Below are positions 1 to 11,466 of a DNA stretch of 64,000 bases, in pieces. Every line of letters begins with the position of its first letter. Position 1 is the stretch's first letter. The stretch is from Pelagomonas calceolata. Lineage: Eukaryota. The DNA lies in the NCBI GenBank assembly GCA_918797485.1, contig CAKKNE010000005.1, positions 2,666,001 through 2,730,000 on the forward strand, read 5' to 3'. Under the pieces are notes generated by a model, which saw only the letters and a list, made by a program, of their open reading frames with translations, was not told the DNA's origin and searched no databases. A program made the translations under genes and the position numbers.

Positions 1-1296
1 GAATTGACCCTCTAGCCATGTCTCGCCCCTTTTCGGGTCGGACGAGATTTCGTCGCAGTCGCCGTGCTTGTCGCAGCAACGACAACGGATCGACATGGCA
101 ATGTCCCGCCCCTGGATGTCGTTGAGCGATATTGCGATCCACTGGCCGTCGCGAATAGGCACGAGCGACGCGACGACCGTGGCGACGCCAAAGCCGTCGA
201 CGAGGCCGTCCGATGCCGGGGGCGGCTTCTCGGTCCAGAACGGCGACGCCTCGCCCCGCGCGAGTACCGTGTCGAACCGCTCCGCTTCCAGCCTATAGTA
301 GGACGACACGGACATGAACTCGCACGTGAGGAGGCCGACGCATTCGCTCCCCGGGCCCTGGTTCTTCGCACTCAGGCGAAGGTTCGCGAGCAACGCCTTG
401 AAGTACTCGGCCCTCTCCGCCGCCAGCTGCGGCATCACGCTCAGAGCCCGTCCCTCCGCGCTGTAGCGCTCACGGTCGGCCTCCTCGAAATGCGCCGCGA
501 TGGTCTTGCTCGCGCGCCACTCCGCCTCCAGCGACTTGAGAGCGTACGTGTCGTCAAACTCCCGCGATTCGCGCGCCATCGAGAGGGAGAGACCCAGCGC
601 GATGTCCGCGTAGTCCCTGCCCCCGACGCCCTCGACAGGCTGCGGCGGCGGTTTCCCGGTGAGCGCCGCCTCCGCGACCCGCCGGAGCAGAATCGACATG
701 TTCACGGCCAGGATAGCGGTGACCCGGCGCGCGCGCCGCTCGAGCTCCGAATCGCCGTCGGCGGCCGCGCGGCGGAACGAGGCGATGCCCGCCCGCAGCC
801 CCCAGTTGTAATCCCCGAGCGCGTCATTGTGGCGGCCCTCCTTGAGCCCCGCGTTGCCGCTGACCTTGGACGCCTCCGCGTCCTCGCAGATCGCCCGCGC
901 GACGTCCGTCCTCAGGCTGCTGCGGTCTTCCCCCTGGAGGCGTTTTACCTTGGGGAGCTGGCCCGCTTCGATCATCTTCTTCCGCATGCCACATTCCTGC
1001 TTGTGACCGAAGTTGTGCCAGTCCGTCTTCTGGCACCGCTGCGAGCAGTAGCTCCGCGTGCGGCAGCGCCCGCACGCGCGATATTGGAACACGGCCTCGT
1101 TGGACCCGCAGACAATGCAGCCGACGTGATGCCGGAGCGCCTTCTGCACGAGGGCGTCGCCCTGCTTGTACTTGCGCTTGACCTCGAAGCCGCAGCTGTC
1201 CTCGAGCCACCCCACGCTGAGCTTGCCATCCGCCGTCGACGCTGTCGACGCTGTGGATTTGTTGGGCCGCCGATTGCGGCTCTTCTTCTTTGGCAT
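1..1296 (-). CDS. MYND zinc-finger protein with TPR-like helical region (3'-partial, runs off window)
   Basis: Not in the ORF track because it has no stop inside the window. ATG at 1296 gives MPKKKSRNRR...CIVCGSNEAVFQYRACGRCRTRSYCSQRCQKTDWHNFGHKQEC, a MYND pattern; frame open to position 1. Confidence 0.8.
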   Translation of the reverse strand, partial: MPKKKSRNRRPNKSTASTASTADGKLSVGWLEDSCGFEVKRKYKQGDALVQKALRHHVGCIVCGSNEAVFQYRACGRCRTRSYCSQRCQKTDWHNFGHKQECGMRKKMIEAGQLPKVKRLQGEDRSSLRTDVARAICEDAEASKVSGNAGLKEGRHNDALGDYNWGLRAGIASFRRAAADGDSELERRARRVTAILAVNMSILLRRVAEAALTGKPPPQPVEGVGGRDYADIALGLSLSMARESREFDDTYALKSLEAEWRASKTIAAHFEEADRERYSAEGRALSVMPQLAAERAEYFKALLANLRLSAKNQGPGSECVGLLTCEFMSVSSYYRLEAERFDTVLARGEASPFWTEKPPPASDGLVDGFGVATVVASLVPIRDGQWIAISLNDIQGRDIAMSIRCRCCDKHGDCDEISSDPKRGETWLEGQF

Positions 1297-1315
1297 GGCT
1301 GGAGATATGCTGCCC

Positions 1316-1363
1316 GGCTGCCCGTGCAATTAGTTAGGCTGCCCGTGCAATTAGTAGGCTGCC
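1316..1363. repeat. Short tandem duplication (~20-21 bp unit GGCTGCCCGTGCAATTAGT(T)A, two copies plus a partial)
   Basis: Directly visible just upstream of the ATG at 1296. Confidence 0.8.
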
Positions 1364-1508
1364 GCCGTCGCCTCGATCCTCGCGCTCTCCGGCTAACTGG
1401 CGGGTATTCTGCGCGCGCGACGCGCTAAAATGACGCGCTAGGGCTCCGTGCTACTAAGAAGAGCGGGCGTGATGGATGGGCGGTAGAAGATAAACGAAAC
1501 AACGGTCT

Positions 1509-2199
1509 TTACTTCCTCGTCGAGACGGTATTCTCGGCGTAGGTGACGGAGCCCTCGGCGGGCGAGAAGTCGAAGAAGGCCTTGAAGAAGCCCTTGATCG
1601 GGTTCTGGGCGATGGCGAGCTTCAGGGCGGGCAGGCCGAGCTTGAGGTGCTTTTCCGCTTTGCGGTTCTTCTTGGTCTTGAGCGTCGTCTTCTCGTTCTG
1701 CGTCGCCGAGTTCTTTTTTTTGGGGAGCATGAAGAAGAAGCCCGTCTCCTCGCCGGGCGTGGGGAAGACGTTGCCGCCGAAGCCGCCGCCGAAGCCGCCG
1801 GGCGGGCCGCCGCCGCCTGCGCGACGCGAGAAGTGTGGTCTTTGAGCAGACGCCTCGAGGGCGTGGAGGGCGTCTGTCTCGAGCTCGGCGTCTCTCTCGA
1901 GTTCGGCCGGCGCGTCGCTGGCGTGGAGGCCGTGTGTGTCTCTCTCGGCTGGAGTTCTCGGCCAGCGCGCGGCCGTTTCGGCCGAACCGCGGACCAAGGC
2001 AGCGATATCGACGAGCAGCGCGCAGGGACTGTCCACAGTACTCACGACAAGACACATATCGACGCGTGCCGGCGGCGGCTGGTCGATTCTTCGGCCAAGA
2101 TTTTTGATGCGCTGGGGTGTTACCGCCTATCTTCCTGAAGAACGCCGAAGCCGGCGCGGCCAGCGCGACAAACGCAAGTAGTCGGAGAGGTCTGTACAT
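1509..2199 (-). CDS. Small plastid-targeted hypothetical protein, 2 exons (2199-2070, 1816-1509)
   Basis: MYRPLRLLAFVALAAPASAF is a signal peptide plus ASAF motif. A GC-AG intron at 2069-1817 joins two ORF frames (PAAAG|GGGPPGGFGGG). Confidence 0.6.
1817..2069 (-). mobile_element. GC-AG intron, degenerate introner-derived
   Basis: Donor GCACGC, acceptor GCGCAG, frame-restoring. Contains two decayed internal motifs (CTCCACGCCAGCGACGCG, CTCCACGCCCTCGAG); no TIR left. Confidence 0.5.
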
Positions 2200-2257
2200 T
2201 GTGCAGTCTGCTGAAGCGCTCAAACGCGACCTCCTTGCTTAAAAATGCCGGGCCTCT

Positions 2258-2281
2258 TCTAGTGTGTTACGGACCGCTAGC
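2258..2281 (+). promoter_or_regulatory. Paired-CTAG upstream element
   Basis: TCTAGTGTGTTACGGACCGCTAGC in the divergent intergenic region, ~175 bp before ATG 2456. Confidence 0.55.
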
Positions 2282-2455
2282 TATGGTTTGCAAAAAAGGC
2301 AGGGCGTGCGCGATCAGAGCTGACTGGTTGGTTGTTGTGCGTCATTTTGATCGATTCGCAGCGTCAGCGACGAATAATCGCTGCGCGGCCACTGCAAAAA
2401 ACCCCCAAAAGCCAAAACAGCACAGCACAGCGCGCGCCGAGCGCCGACAGCAGCG

Positions 2456-3817
2456 ATGGACTTCCTCGACTACGAAGAAGAAACCGAAATCAATGAGAGC
2501 GACAGCCCCCATCAATCCATAACCAAACTACTCGACAACCGGGAATTACTCCAGGAGCTGCGCGCGACGCCGTCCATAGCCGAATTCCTCAAAACAAATG
2601 CATCATTAGTCCTGCAAGCCGCCCTCACGAAGGACGGAGAGGTCGACGACGACGACGACACTGTTGATCAGAAACAGCGGTACACGCCGGCGGATCGGAG
2701 GGCCTACGTCGCGTCTGAGGTCCTGTGCGGCCCCGACGTCGCCTGCGTCGCCATCCTCAAAGCCTGTGCTGATAGTGAAGAGTGCTGGGCCTTGCTGGAG
2801 GACCCGTCTCCGGTATCAACGATGCGCGACGCGCGCTGGGCGCGCATCTGGCTGCGGCTGTTAGAAGTAGCGAGGTATGATACTATAAAACACGCTCCAC
2901 CATTATCAAGGTTCGCCGCCGCCGTCTCAAAGAATTCGACGAGCGCGGCGGACGTGGCCGGCGCGTTACTGAAGGACGCGTGTCGAAGGGACCGCGCCGT
3001 CAAGGTCGCGTGGAATGATTTGAGATCAATCTGCGCGGCGTTGGATGTCGGTGCGTCGGCCCAATTACTGTTGAATGCTTTACCGGGCTGCGCCTCAAAA
3101 ATAGTGGACGACCAGCGGTGCCTCGCGAGCGTCGCGCGAGCGAGGTCCACGAAGGCGCTGCTCGTCATGGCGGAGATTTTATCAGAGGCCGCATCGGGCG
3201 ACTTCGAGAACAGGCCAGCTCTAGCCAAGGCGCTCGCGCCTCATTCAACACGGATAGCAAAGCAGTTATCACAAGGCGCGCGCCTCGAGAAAGTTGCCGC
3301 GGCACAATTGTTGAGAGGACTCGCGCGGTGCCCCGACGCGAACAGCGCGTTGTGCGATGCTTGTTTAGATGCCTGCGCGGATTCGTTATTCACGCATCCG
3401 CACGCCGATGTGTTACACGTCCACAGCGCTGACGTTCTACTAGCAATCATTGATAGAAAGCCTCTGCACGCGCACGCCGCGAAACGACTAGAAAGGCTCC
3501 TGTTCCGCGACAATAGTACAGAGGGCGGTTTATTATCAAGGATCCGCTCTACGTTAACCGGTCTCGAGCGACCGAAGAACTCGCGCGACGCCCACTTAGT
3601 CGTGCTGGGCGAAGCCGTGTGTGCCGCGTTAAGGGAAGATGAAGCGAAGCCCGGCGCCGGGTTGGTTCCTGATTTACTCTACGCGCGGAGGAATGAATTA
3701 GACGCCTGGCTGCACTTCGTGGAAGACCTCGCGCGGCTCACGGCGCGCAAGGTCGCGGCGGACTTTGCCGTGCCTGTTGTGAATGGGGGCGGCTGGGACG
3801 ACGTGAATGCCGGGTAA
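2456..3817 (+). CDS. Helical-repeat protein, SAPS/PP6 regulatory subunit-like (divergent)
   Basis: 453-aa ORF. LLDNRELLQEL..IAEFL, RAYVASEVLC and LFTHPHADVLH resemble SAPS-domain blocks. Confidence 0.5.
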   Translation: MDFLDYEEETEINESDSPHQSITKLLDNRELLQELRATPSIAEFLKTNASLVLQAALTKDGEVDDDDDTVDQKQRYTPADRRAYVASEVLCGPDVACVAILKACADSEECWALLEDPSPVSTMRDARWARIWLRLLEVARYDTIKHAPPLSRFAAAVSKNSTSAADVAGALLKDACRRDRAVKVAWNDLRSICAALDVGASAQLLLNALPGCASKIVDDQRCLASVARARSTKALLVMAEILSEAASGDFENRPALAKALAPHSTRIAKQLSQGARLEKVAAAQLLRGLARCPDANSALCDACLDACADSLFTHPHADVLHVHSADVLLAIIDRKPLHAHAAKRLERLLFRDNSTEGGLLSRIRSTLTGLERPKNSRDAHLVVLGEAVCAALREDEAKPGAGLVPDLLYARRNELDAWLHFVEDLARLTARKVAADFAVPVVNGGGWDDVNAG

Positions 3818-4062
3818 TTTTGTGTGTAGTGTTCGCGGCGATGGCGTCTAGGCGTACGGCAGGCTTCCGCACGGGAGGCTAGAGGGCTAGAGCTTGGAGG
3901 GGGGGGGTTCGCTTTTGCGCCGCTTGTTTGCGACCGCCGCGCCTATCGGTGGCGCGCCGCGGGGAACCGAGGCCAAAATACCTATCGCGAGCTATCGACC
4001 TGCTGGTCGCGCCCTGCGCACGCCAGGCCTGAGAAGCAAGAGGGCTTAGAAGGATCGATCCA

Positions 4063-5775
4063 ATGGACCAGAAGCGGACGCAGGAAGCGTCCGAGACCGA
4101 CTTCACGACCAGAGGCGGCCGCCCGGACGCGACGTCTGGCACCGGCAAGCCGCAGACCTCGCCGTGCAAGAGAGGTCCCGAGATTCCGGACGAGGCGGGG
4201 ACGGTCAATGGCGAGCAGGCCCCGGCGGCGTCGCTCGCCTGGGTCCTCACGACCTGCGCGGAAACGGTCGTCGAGTGCACCGACAAGGTCGACTTCGCGG
4301 ACGCCTGCGTCGCCGTCGGCCCGGTGCACTGCTCTCAGCTCACGACCGAGACGGTCCCGCGGCTCCTCCTGCGCGAGAACCGCGAGCTGGTCATCGAGCA
4401 GGGCCGCGGCTGGGCCGAGAACGACCAGCCGTTCGCACTCACCGTGGCGCAGCACCTCGCCGCGGTGCGCGAGTGGATCGCCTTCGAGGAGGACGGCCGC
4501 GGCCTCAGCGCCGAGAGGTGGGTCCAGGAGGACATTAGCCGGCTACTGAGCTCGATTAAAAATAACCAGAACTGGATCAAGAGCTACAACCCCGACGATC
4601 CGTCGCCGTATTATCGGGACCGGCCCGACCCTCGGCCCGGGTACGAGAAGAGGATCGCCGAGAACGAAGCTGAAATCAAGCTCATCCGGGAGCGGGGCTT
4701 TGAGACCGCGCCCGCGGATCCGCGCCGCGCCGCGTTGCTCTCGCGCCTCGAGGCCACCGTCTACTGCCACGGCGCCATCCACGTGCCCGCGGACATGGAC
4801 AACGGCGGCGAATACCGAGACTGGGGCAACTCCAAGGAGACCTCCGTGGTCGTTTCTCTCGGCGCGCCGGCCGGCCGGCGGACGCTGTTCGTGTGCAGCG
4901 CGGCGGAAGGCAACATCTGCGATGCCGGGTGCTGGTGCGCGGGGCACGAGATGTACTCCGTGCACGCGTTGCTCGAAGGCGCCGCCGCCGACGACGCGCC
5001 TCCCGAAGGCGGGAAGACGCGGGCTTTCGGTACGGATCAGCAAGTACTGACGAAGCGGGCGGCGCCTGAGGATGACAAGGAGGACAAGGAGGAGACGGGG
5101 CTTGGCTGGGTGCGCGTGCTGGCCTACGACTTCTCCACGGGCAATGCGGGCGGCATCCACGGCGCCGGCCTGTACACGGCCACCGAGGGCGACGCGGCGC
5201 GCCTCGTCGCGCGCCTCGGTGTCGATGCGTCGGACCTCGGTACTGCCGTGCGCCTCGTCGTGCTCGCGGCGAACGTCAAGGGCGCGGGCCGCAAGCAGTG
5301 GGGCAAGTTAGAGCAGGCGCACGTCGACCCCAAGCGGTTTGATTACGATAGTGACTGCGGCTACAACGTGGAGACCTGGCCCGACAACCCGCGGCCCGAC
5401 GACTATCGCATCCGCGGGGTCTGCGGCGCCGGCGCCGTCGTTACGTTCCCACGCATCGGCCCGGCCGACGCGGAGCGCAAAGAGCCTCGGTTTGCGCGCG
5501 ACGCGATGAGAAGCTGCGGCGAGTCTCCCCGCGGCGTCCTGAAGCGGCTCAAGAAGAAACTGTCGGAGGCGCTCGAGCCCGCCGCGCTCGAGTCGCTCCC
5601 GCGCCTCGTCGGAGCTCTCCCCAGCTCCTACTACCTCCACGACATCATTGACGAGATCGACGAGGCGCATTACCAGCGGGAGCTCAAGCATTTCAAGTCG
5701 TACAGCCCCGACCGGGACCCGGATCCGGAGGAGGAGGAGTACTGGCGCCACGAGACCAAGCACTCCATCTCCTAG
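4063..5775 (+). CDS. Hypothetical protein (570 aa)
   Basis: Long ORF with strong GC3 codon bias; no domain recognised. Confidence 0.7.
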   Translation: MDQKRTQEASETDFTTRGGRPDATSGTGKPQTSPCKRGPEIPDEAGTVNGEQAPAASLAWVLTTCAETVVECTDKVDFADACVAVGPVHCSQLTTETVPRLLLRENRELVIEQGRGWAENDQPFALTVAQHLAAVREWIAFEEDGRGLSAERWVQEDISRLLSSIKNNQNWIKSYNPDDPSPYYRDRPDPRPGYEKRIAENEAEIKLIRERGFETAPADPRRAALLSRLEATVYCHGAIHVPADMDNGGEYRDWGNSKETSVVVSLGAPAGRRTLFVCSAAEGNICDAGCWCAGHEMYSVHALLEGAAADDAPPEGGKTRAFGTDQQVLTKRAAPEDDKEDKEETGLGWVRVLAYDFSTGNAGGIHGAGLYTATEGDAARLVARLGVDASDLGTAVRLVVLAANVKGAGRKQWGKLEQAHVDPKRFDYDSDCGYNVETWPDNPRPDDYRIRGVCGAGAVVTFPRIGPADAERKEPRFARDAMRSCGESPRGVLKRLKKKLSEALEPAALESLPRLVGALPSSYYLHDIIDEIDEAHYQRELKHFKSYSPDRDPDPEEEEYWRHETKHSIS

Positions 5776-5914
5776 ACCCGCGCGAGGAGCGACGACAGAC
5801 CCCCACGTAACCGAGTAATAGCCACCTCTAAAATTTAACGTCAACGGGTTTCGAACGGATGCTTTTGCACTGACCGGTGTGCCTGCCTCTGGTTCTCCGC
5901 CCACAGCTATGCTT

Positions 5915-5939
5915 GCTAGTGCCTTACAAGCACGCTAGC
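5915..5939 (+). promoter_or_regulatory. Paired-CTAG upstream element
   Basis: GCTAGTGCCTTACAAGCACGCTAGC, ~240 bp before ATG 6177. Confidence 0.6.
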
Positions 5940-6176
5940 TCGCTGCAAGCGCGGCAGAGCAGCTTTTTGGCTGTATCTCTGCCGCTACCGCGAGTTTGCA
6001 ACGCAGAAACGCAAGCCGACCTCTGCGAGGTCCGGGCTAGGCGCCAGCAACGCAAACAGCGCGACGGTGTAGCGCAGGAGCAAGATTCCACATTGAGAGC
6101 AGGGCTTGCAGGCAGCCGCAGCGCGCCGCGAAGGACACAGCAGAGCGGCAGAGCTATTGGCACATAGCGGTCAGCC

Positions 6177-9100
6177 ATGGTGCAGTTCGGCAAGCGCTTC
6201 GAGACGTCGCAAACCAGACGCTGGTTGCGGCACAACGCGGACTACGAACGACTGAAACTCTTACTGAACTTGGCCGGCGCGGCGCGAGAGCGCGAGCCGG
6301 CCGAGAAGACCATTGGATTGAACAACTTCGGGGATAGAGATAATGCTGGTCTCCTAGAATCCGACGTGGTCCTAGCGCCGGGCGTCTTCGATTCGGGCCT
6401 AGAGGCCCTGGAAAAGCAAGCTCTGGAAACGCTCTGGCGGAAGAACCGCAAGCGCGGCCCTTTGGCAAAATCCACTTCATTAAGCAACATGGAGCGCTTC
6501 GCCTTCGCGAGCCCCGGCTCGCCCACGAGTGACGCCGACGACGACGCGTGGCACTGGACGCGGTGGTTGTTTTCGTCTCGATTACCTAGATCTTATGCTC
6601 TACTCGCGCATGGTTTCGACGTCGCGTTAGTTGCTGAATTAGACAAGGTCGACGCTTTGTATGCGCGAGAATTACGCGTACTGAAGAGTAGGTGGCAAGA
6701 TGCGTTACAAGATGATTTTGAAGAAGCGATAGACACGGAAGATGAAGGTTCATCAATAGCCACGGAAAAGTCGAAATTAAGACAAAAAACATCCACACTT
6801 AGTAGCGCCTATTCCGCGCTGGACGTCGAGGATCAACGGACGCCGCACGCGTCGCCCCGTCGAAGAAAACGTTCACTAGATGTGGCCGACGCGGCTACAA
6901 GAGCTTCTCTGAAACGATCGTTGGCGCAACTCGACGCCGATGCTCGAGAACTCATCGATTTCACGGTCTGGAACTTTACCGCGTTTACTAAGATAACTAA
7001 AAAAAGGGACAAGCGGTTGAAAAGGGAGCCCGCTATTAGGGAGCGATTTACGACTTTGGTCAAGAATCGGGATTGCTGTGCTGCTACTTCTGCAAGGAAG
7101 TTGATCAAGGACGTCCACCGGAGGTATGCGGACCTGTTTTGTGGCGGGAGTACTACCGAAGCGGAACTTGAGTTGCGGGAAGCGGCTCGAGCCGCAAATG
7201 AAAGCGCGCAATCGTTGTATGGAGGGCAGAACACGATCGCAACTTTAAGGTTTGGCTATCGGGCGGGCGTCGCCGCCACCCTAGCGGTCTGGGTCATGTG
7301 GGACTGTGTGGAGGTCGTGAACAGTGTGCACAAAAAAGTGAGTCATGATTCGGTAGCCGCGAAGGCCGCGTGGCCGTTGTTCCGAGCCTGTGGGGTATTA
7401 TTGGCGTGGCACTGGCTCTGGGGGTTGAGTCTGTGGGTCTGGAATAGATTTAGGGTGAACGCGCCGTTTCTGTTCGACGTGGTCGACACCTGAGTGGAAA
7501 TCAAATTTCGGGCGCCCCACGCCATCGACGCGACGTGCTTCCGTAGCTGCGTCTGCGCGATGGCGTGGCGATTCTACGCCATCGACGCGACGTTGTCCCC
7601 GTGGCCGCGTCGTATATCCTAACTCACTGGTTGATTTCCACACAGGTCGACACGGCGCAGACGCCGGCCGCCTCGCCCGCGGACGTCTTTGATGAATGTA
7701 TTTTGGAGACCAACGTCCTGTTATCGTTACTGCTATGCTACTACAAGAGTACCTACCGGGGCGGCATGCCGAAATTCATCGAAAAAGATGGGTACATCGC
7801 TACGACATTACCCCAAGCTCTACCTCTCATGCTAGTGCTCTTCCTCTTCAAGTGCTTGGTGCATCCTTGGAGTAGACGTAAACAACTCTGGTCCATCATC
7901 TCACGGGTGATACGGGCGCCGTTCTGCGAAGTGCGGTTCGTGGATACGTATGTCGCGGATGTACTGACAAGTATGGTCAAAGTTTTGCTGGATGCCTTAT
8001 GGTGCTGCTATTTTTTCTTGTCTGGCGCATTTTTACGATCGGAATCGGACAGGAAGAACCTCGACGAGTTGCAAAAGACGACCCATGCTTTTTGGTATAA
8101 ACAAGTACTGGCTCCAGCCGTATGTTTTTTTCCGATTTGGTTCCGGTTCGCCCAATGTTTACGGAAGTATGTGGATGTGGGCGACGGCCACAGAAGATGG
8201 GTCCATTTGTGGAACGCCGCCAAATATGCGTTTAGCTTGATTGTTACGATTACTACCGTGGTAAGAGGCACGGAGAAGTTCAAGTCGCGGTGGAGTATAC
8301 TGTTTTTCGGTTCTTCAATATTCTCATGGGTCTGGGACGTGCACGTCGACTGGGGGCTAAACTTCTGCAAGGTAGAGTCGTCGGAGGACACGTCGTTTCG
8401 GCGGCCGTCGTCCTTCGACGATGCGCCTCGGAAAAAGAGGTGGCATATCCTCTCGAGGCAGACGCGGATGTATCCGAAGGTGTGGTGGTACAGGGGTGCG
8501 GCCCTGTGTGGAAATCAACGAGTGCGTCGGGTGCTTCACTAAGTCATTGCTCGGCGATGATGCGGCCGAGCTGGCTCCGTCGAGCGGTGAGGAACCGACA
8601 CGGCCACGCCATCGAGCAGGCGTCGCGTTGATGGCGTGGAGGTCGACGCGGCGATTCAGGACGAACGCGCCGTAAATTTGATTCCCACACAGGTGCTGCT
8701 GTCCTAGATTTGTTCGGGCGGTTCGTCTGGTTAGCTACTGTGGTCCCTCCGAACGCGTTTGGTTCGCATTTGACGTCCTACATCCCCGACTATCTCACAC
8801 CAATCTTGGCGTTGGCGGAACTAGCTCGTAGATGCGTCTGGGGCTTCTTTCGGCTGGAGCACGAACATCTATCGAACGCGTTTCAGCATCGGAGGGAGGG
8901 GCAGTTCGTGCCGTCGCATCTGCGGACCTTACGGCCTCGGAAAGCGCCGAAACGCGTCTTGTCGGTCGTCGAGACGGGCTTCATTGCCGCTCTCGTCATT
9001 GCCCTCGTGTCGCGCATGACGATCCTCGCGCACGATTCGGACAAATTGGCGCACTTGAACGGGACGTCGCCCGTACACAGTGTGTACCCGGACACGAATA

Positions 9101-9270
9101 AATCGCTACCCATTGACGTCGACGACGACCTGACGGTGGCGCACCACCACCACCACCACACGCATAACGACGACGTTGCTGATGATGATGCCATTGACGA
9201 CGACGCGCCGAAGAAAGCTTCCGGTAAAAAGAAGAAGGAGGAGGACGTTGTGGACGACGACGATAAGTAG
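6177..9270 (+). CDS. XPR1: SPX-EXS phosphate exporter (XPR1/PHO1/SYG1 family), 3 exons (6177-7481, 7646-8495, 8693-9270)
   Basis: SPX motifs MVQFGKRF..W..DYERLK and NFTAFTKITKKRDK. EXS motifs FVDTYVADVLTSMVKV, RFAQCLRKY, HLWNAAKY, WDVHVDWGL, ELARRCVWGFFRLEHEHL. Both introns restore the frame. Confidence 0.9.
7482..7645 (+). mobile_element. Introner element intron (non-autonomous TIR transposon, body 7490-7645)
   Basis: Perfect 8-bp TSD GTCGACAC (7482-7489 and 7646-7653); TIRs CTGAGTGGAAATCAA and TTGATTTCCACACAG. GT comes from the TSD, AG from the TIR. Confidence 0.92.
8496..8692 (+). mobile_element. Introner element intron (body 8504-8692)
   Basis: TSD GTGCGGCC / GTGCTGCT; TIRs CTGTGTGGAAATCAA and TTGATTCCCACACAG; phase-1 splicing restores the frame. 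Confidence 0.9.
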
Positions 9271-9295
9271 GATAAGTATGTTGTACATTTATTAT

Positions 9296-11044
9296 TCACA
9301 TAGCCTCTTCCCAGGGTCGCGCCCACGCCCTATCTTCAGCGGTATCGTCGACGAGCCGCCGCTCCCACGCCGCCGCCGCGCTCAGCGCTCGCTCCGAGAG
9401 CCGGGGCCCGGCAAACGCTCGCTTTGGTCGCGCGAGGCCGGCGAGCGGGCCGCGCGGCGCCGCGTAGACGACGTCGCCGCCGACGACAGTTCCCAGGACC
9501 GCGAGTCCGGGAAGCCGCGCCGGATCGCACGTCACGGGGTCGGCTGCTAAAACAGTAATGTCTGCTTTATAGCCAGGCTCGAGAGCGCCCAGCTCGTTCT
9601 CGCTGAATCCAGCGAAGGCCGCGTCTGCGGTGTAGCCTCTGAGGGTCTCCAGGGGCGTCAATCGTTCCTCCGGATGCCAACCACCGCTTGGCGTACCGTC
9701 AGGCCGCTCCCTGGTAATACCGGCGTGAAGGCCCAGCAAGGGAGGAATAGTTCCTCCTGTCGGAAAGTCGCTCCCAAGCGGTAGAACAGCGACGCCACTA
9801 TCCTTCAGGGCGCGCCAGGCGTAGGACAGGTTCGCTCTGGCCCCCAGCCTCGCATCCGCGTAGCCTAGATCCGACGCGCAATGCGTCGTCTGCATGCTCG
9901 GAATGACGCCGAGCCGCGCGAACCGCGGCAGGTCCTGTTCTGATAGTATTTGAACGTGCTCGACGCGGAAGCGGTCGGAGGGTGCGACGCCCGCCTGCTC
10001 GTAGACGTCAAGGACCTGACGGTTCGCGGCGTCGCCGATGGCGTGGGCGGAGACCTGGTAGCCCGCATTGTTCCACTTTTTGACGCCGGCGAGCAGCTCG
10101 CTCGCGTTGTAGATCAGCGTTCCCTTTGTCGAAGGCCGATCTGAGTAGGGAGCTAGCATGGCGGCCGTCCAGGAGCCCATGGCCCCGTCGCAGAAGAACT
10201 TGGCGCCGCGCACGCGCACGAGTCGCGACTCGCCGCTCGCGACCGGCGGGATTTGATCGTGGCTCGCGGCATCTCTATAAACGTTGAGGCGCAGCGTGAG
10301 CTGGTCCGCACGAGATGAGTAGTAGTCGATGTCCCCCGGTAAGGCTGCCAGGTCGTGGACGCCCGTCAGGCCTGCGGCCGCACATGCCTCAAGGACCGCC
10401 TGGAAGGAAGCGTCGACGGCCGACGCGCGCGGCGGCGGCACGACCGCATCAATGAGGTCCATCGCGTCGTCCGTCAGGATGCCCGTGGGGCGGCCCAGCG
10501 CGTCGCGCACGATCGTGCCACCGGGCGGAGACTTCGTCGCGCGCGTGACGTTCGCAGCTCTCAGCGCGGCGCTGTTAACCCATACGGCGTGGCCGGAGAT
10601 GTGGTCGGCGCGCGCCGGTCGGCGGATCACGTCTAGGTCGTGCCGCGTCGGCCACTTGCCGCCGGCCCAGGATGTCTGATCAAAGCCGAAGCCTTGCACC
10701 CAGTTTTGCAGCGGGTGCGCGGCGCCCCACTTCGCAAGCACGGATGCGCACGCGGTAGCGTCCTCGCAGCTCGACAGATCAGCTTTCCGTCGTCTCGCCG
10801 CCTCGAGCATGATGTGCGCGTGCGAGTCCGTGAGACCCGGCACGGCCGTCGCGCCGCCGAGGTCCACGCGGCGGGCGCCCGGGCACGCGGCGGCGACGGC
10901 TTCTAGGCTGCCGGTCGCTCTGACGACACTGTCGAAGCATAGCGCCGGCGCGACGACGGCGTCGAGGGAGCGCGTGTTTGTTCTTATCGTGCCATTGAAG
11001 AATAGTAGCGCAGCTGTTGTAGCTTGAATTGCCACCATCGGCAT
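9296..11044 (-). CDS. Amidohydrolase_3 (YtcJ-like) metal-dependent hydrolase
   Basis: Motifs PGLTDSHAH, KFFCDGAMGS, HAIGDAAN, RVEHVQ, LGSDFP. Confidence 0.9.
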   Translation of the reverse strand: MPMVAIQATTAALLFFNGTIRTNTRSLDAVVAPALCFDSVVRATGSLEAVAAACPGARRVDLGGATAVPGLTDSHAHIMLEAARRRKADLSSCEDATACASVLAKWGAAHPLQNWVQGFGFDQTSWAGGKWPTRHDLDVIRRPARADHISGHAVWVNSAALRAANVTRATKSPPGGTIVRDALGRPTGILTDDAMDLIDAVVPPPRASAVDASFQAVLEACAAAGLTGVHDLAALPGDIDYYSSRADQLTLRLNVYRDAASHDQIPPVASGESRLVRVRGAKFFCDGAMGSWTAAMLAPYSDRPSTKGTLIYNASELLAGVKKWNNAGYQVSAHAIGDAANRQVLDVYEQAGVAPSDRFRVEHVQILSEQDLPRFARLGVIPSMQTTHCASDLGYADARLGARANLSYAWRALKDSGVAVLPLGSDFPTGGTIPPLLGLHAGITRERPDGTPSGGWHPEERLTPLETLRGYTADAAFAGFSENELGALEPGYKADITVLAADPVTCDPARLPGLAVLGTVVGGDVVYAAPRGPLAGLARPKRAFAGPRLSERALSAAAAWERRLVDDTAEDRAWARPWEEAM

Positions 11045-11466
11045 CGCAGCACCAAAGATCAATCCTAGCTAATACAACACGTCTTTTGCACCGGACACAT
11101 GGAGTGCAGAGCAAAATGTCGTGGCTCGGGCATAATGTTAGCGTCGCGTAAGTCTCTAGCACCATGCGTCCAAGACCGATGCGTCGCCGAGCCGTGGCGA
11201 CCGCCGCCGCCCGGCCCAGGACGTGCGGCGGAGCCGTCGAAGGCCCCCATGGACAAACCTACTAGAGACCGGTGCACGACAAACCAATTTGCCAGTTTTG
11301 GCTGCCCGGTGCACGACACAAGCCGTGCGACCAGCGAAAAGGCTGCCCAAGCCGCGGACGCGGCGTCGCGAGTGCGCTGCGCATACAAAACAGCGGCTGC
11401 GCGACCGACCGTTGGCGGTAAGCCGGTAGCAGCACAGCAGGGCGGGAGCAGCAGCGTGCCACGACC

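Noticed and set aside
64..1428. 454-aa + strand ORF
   Set aside because: Antisense shadow of the minus-strand MYND gene; Arg/Leu-rich with no motif, expected under high GC3.
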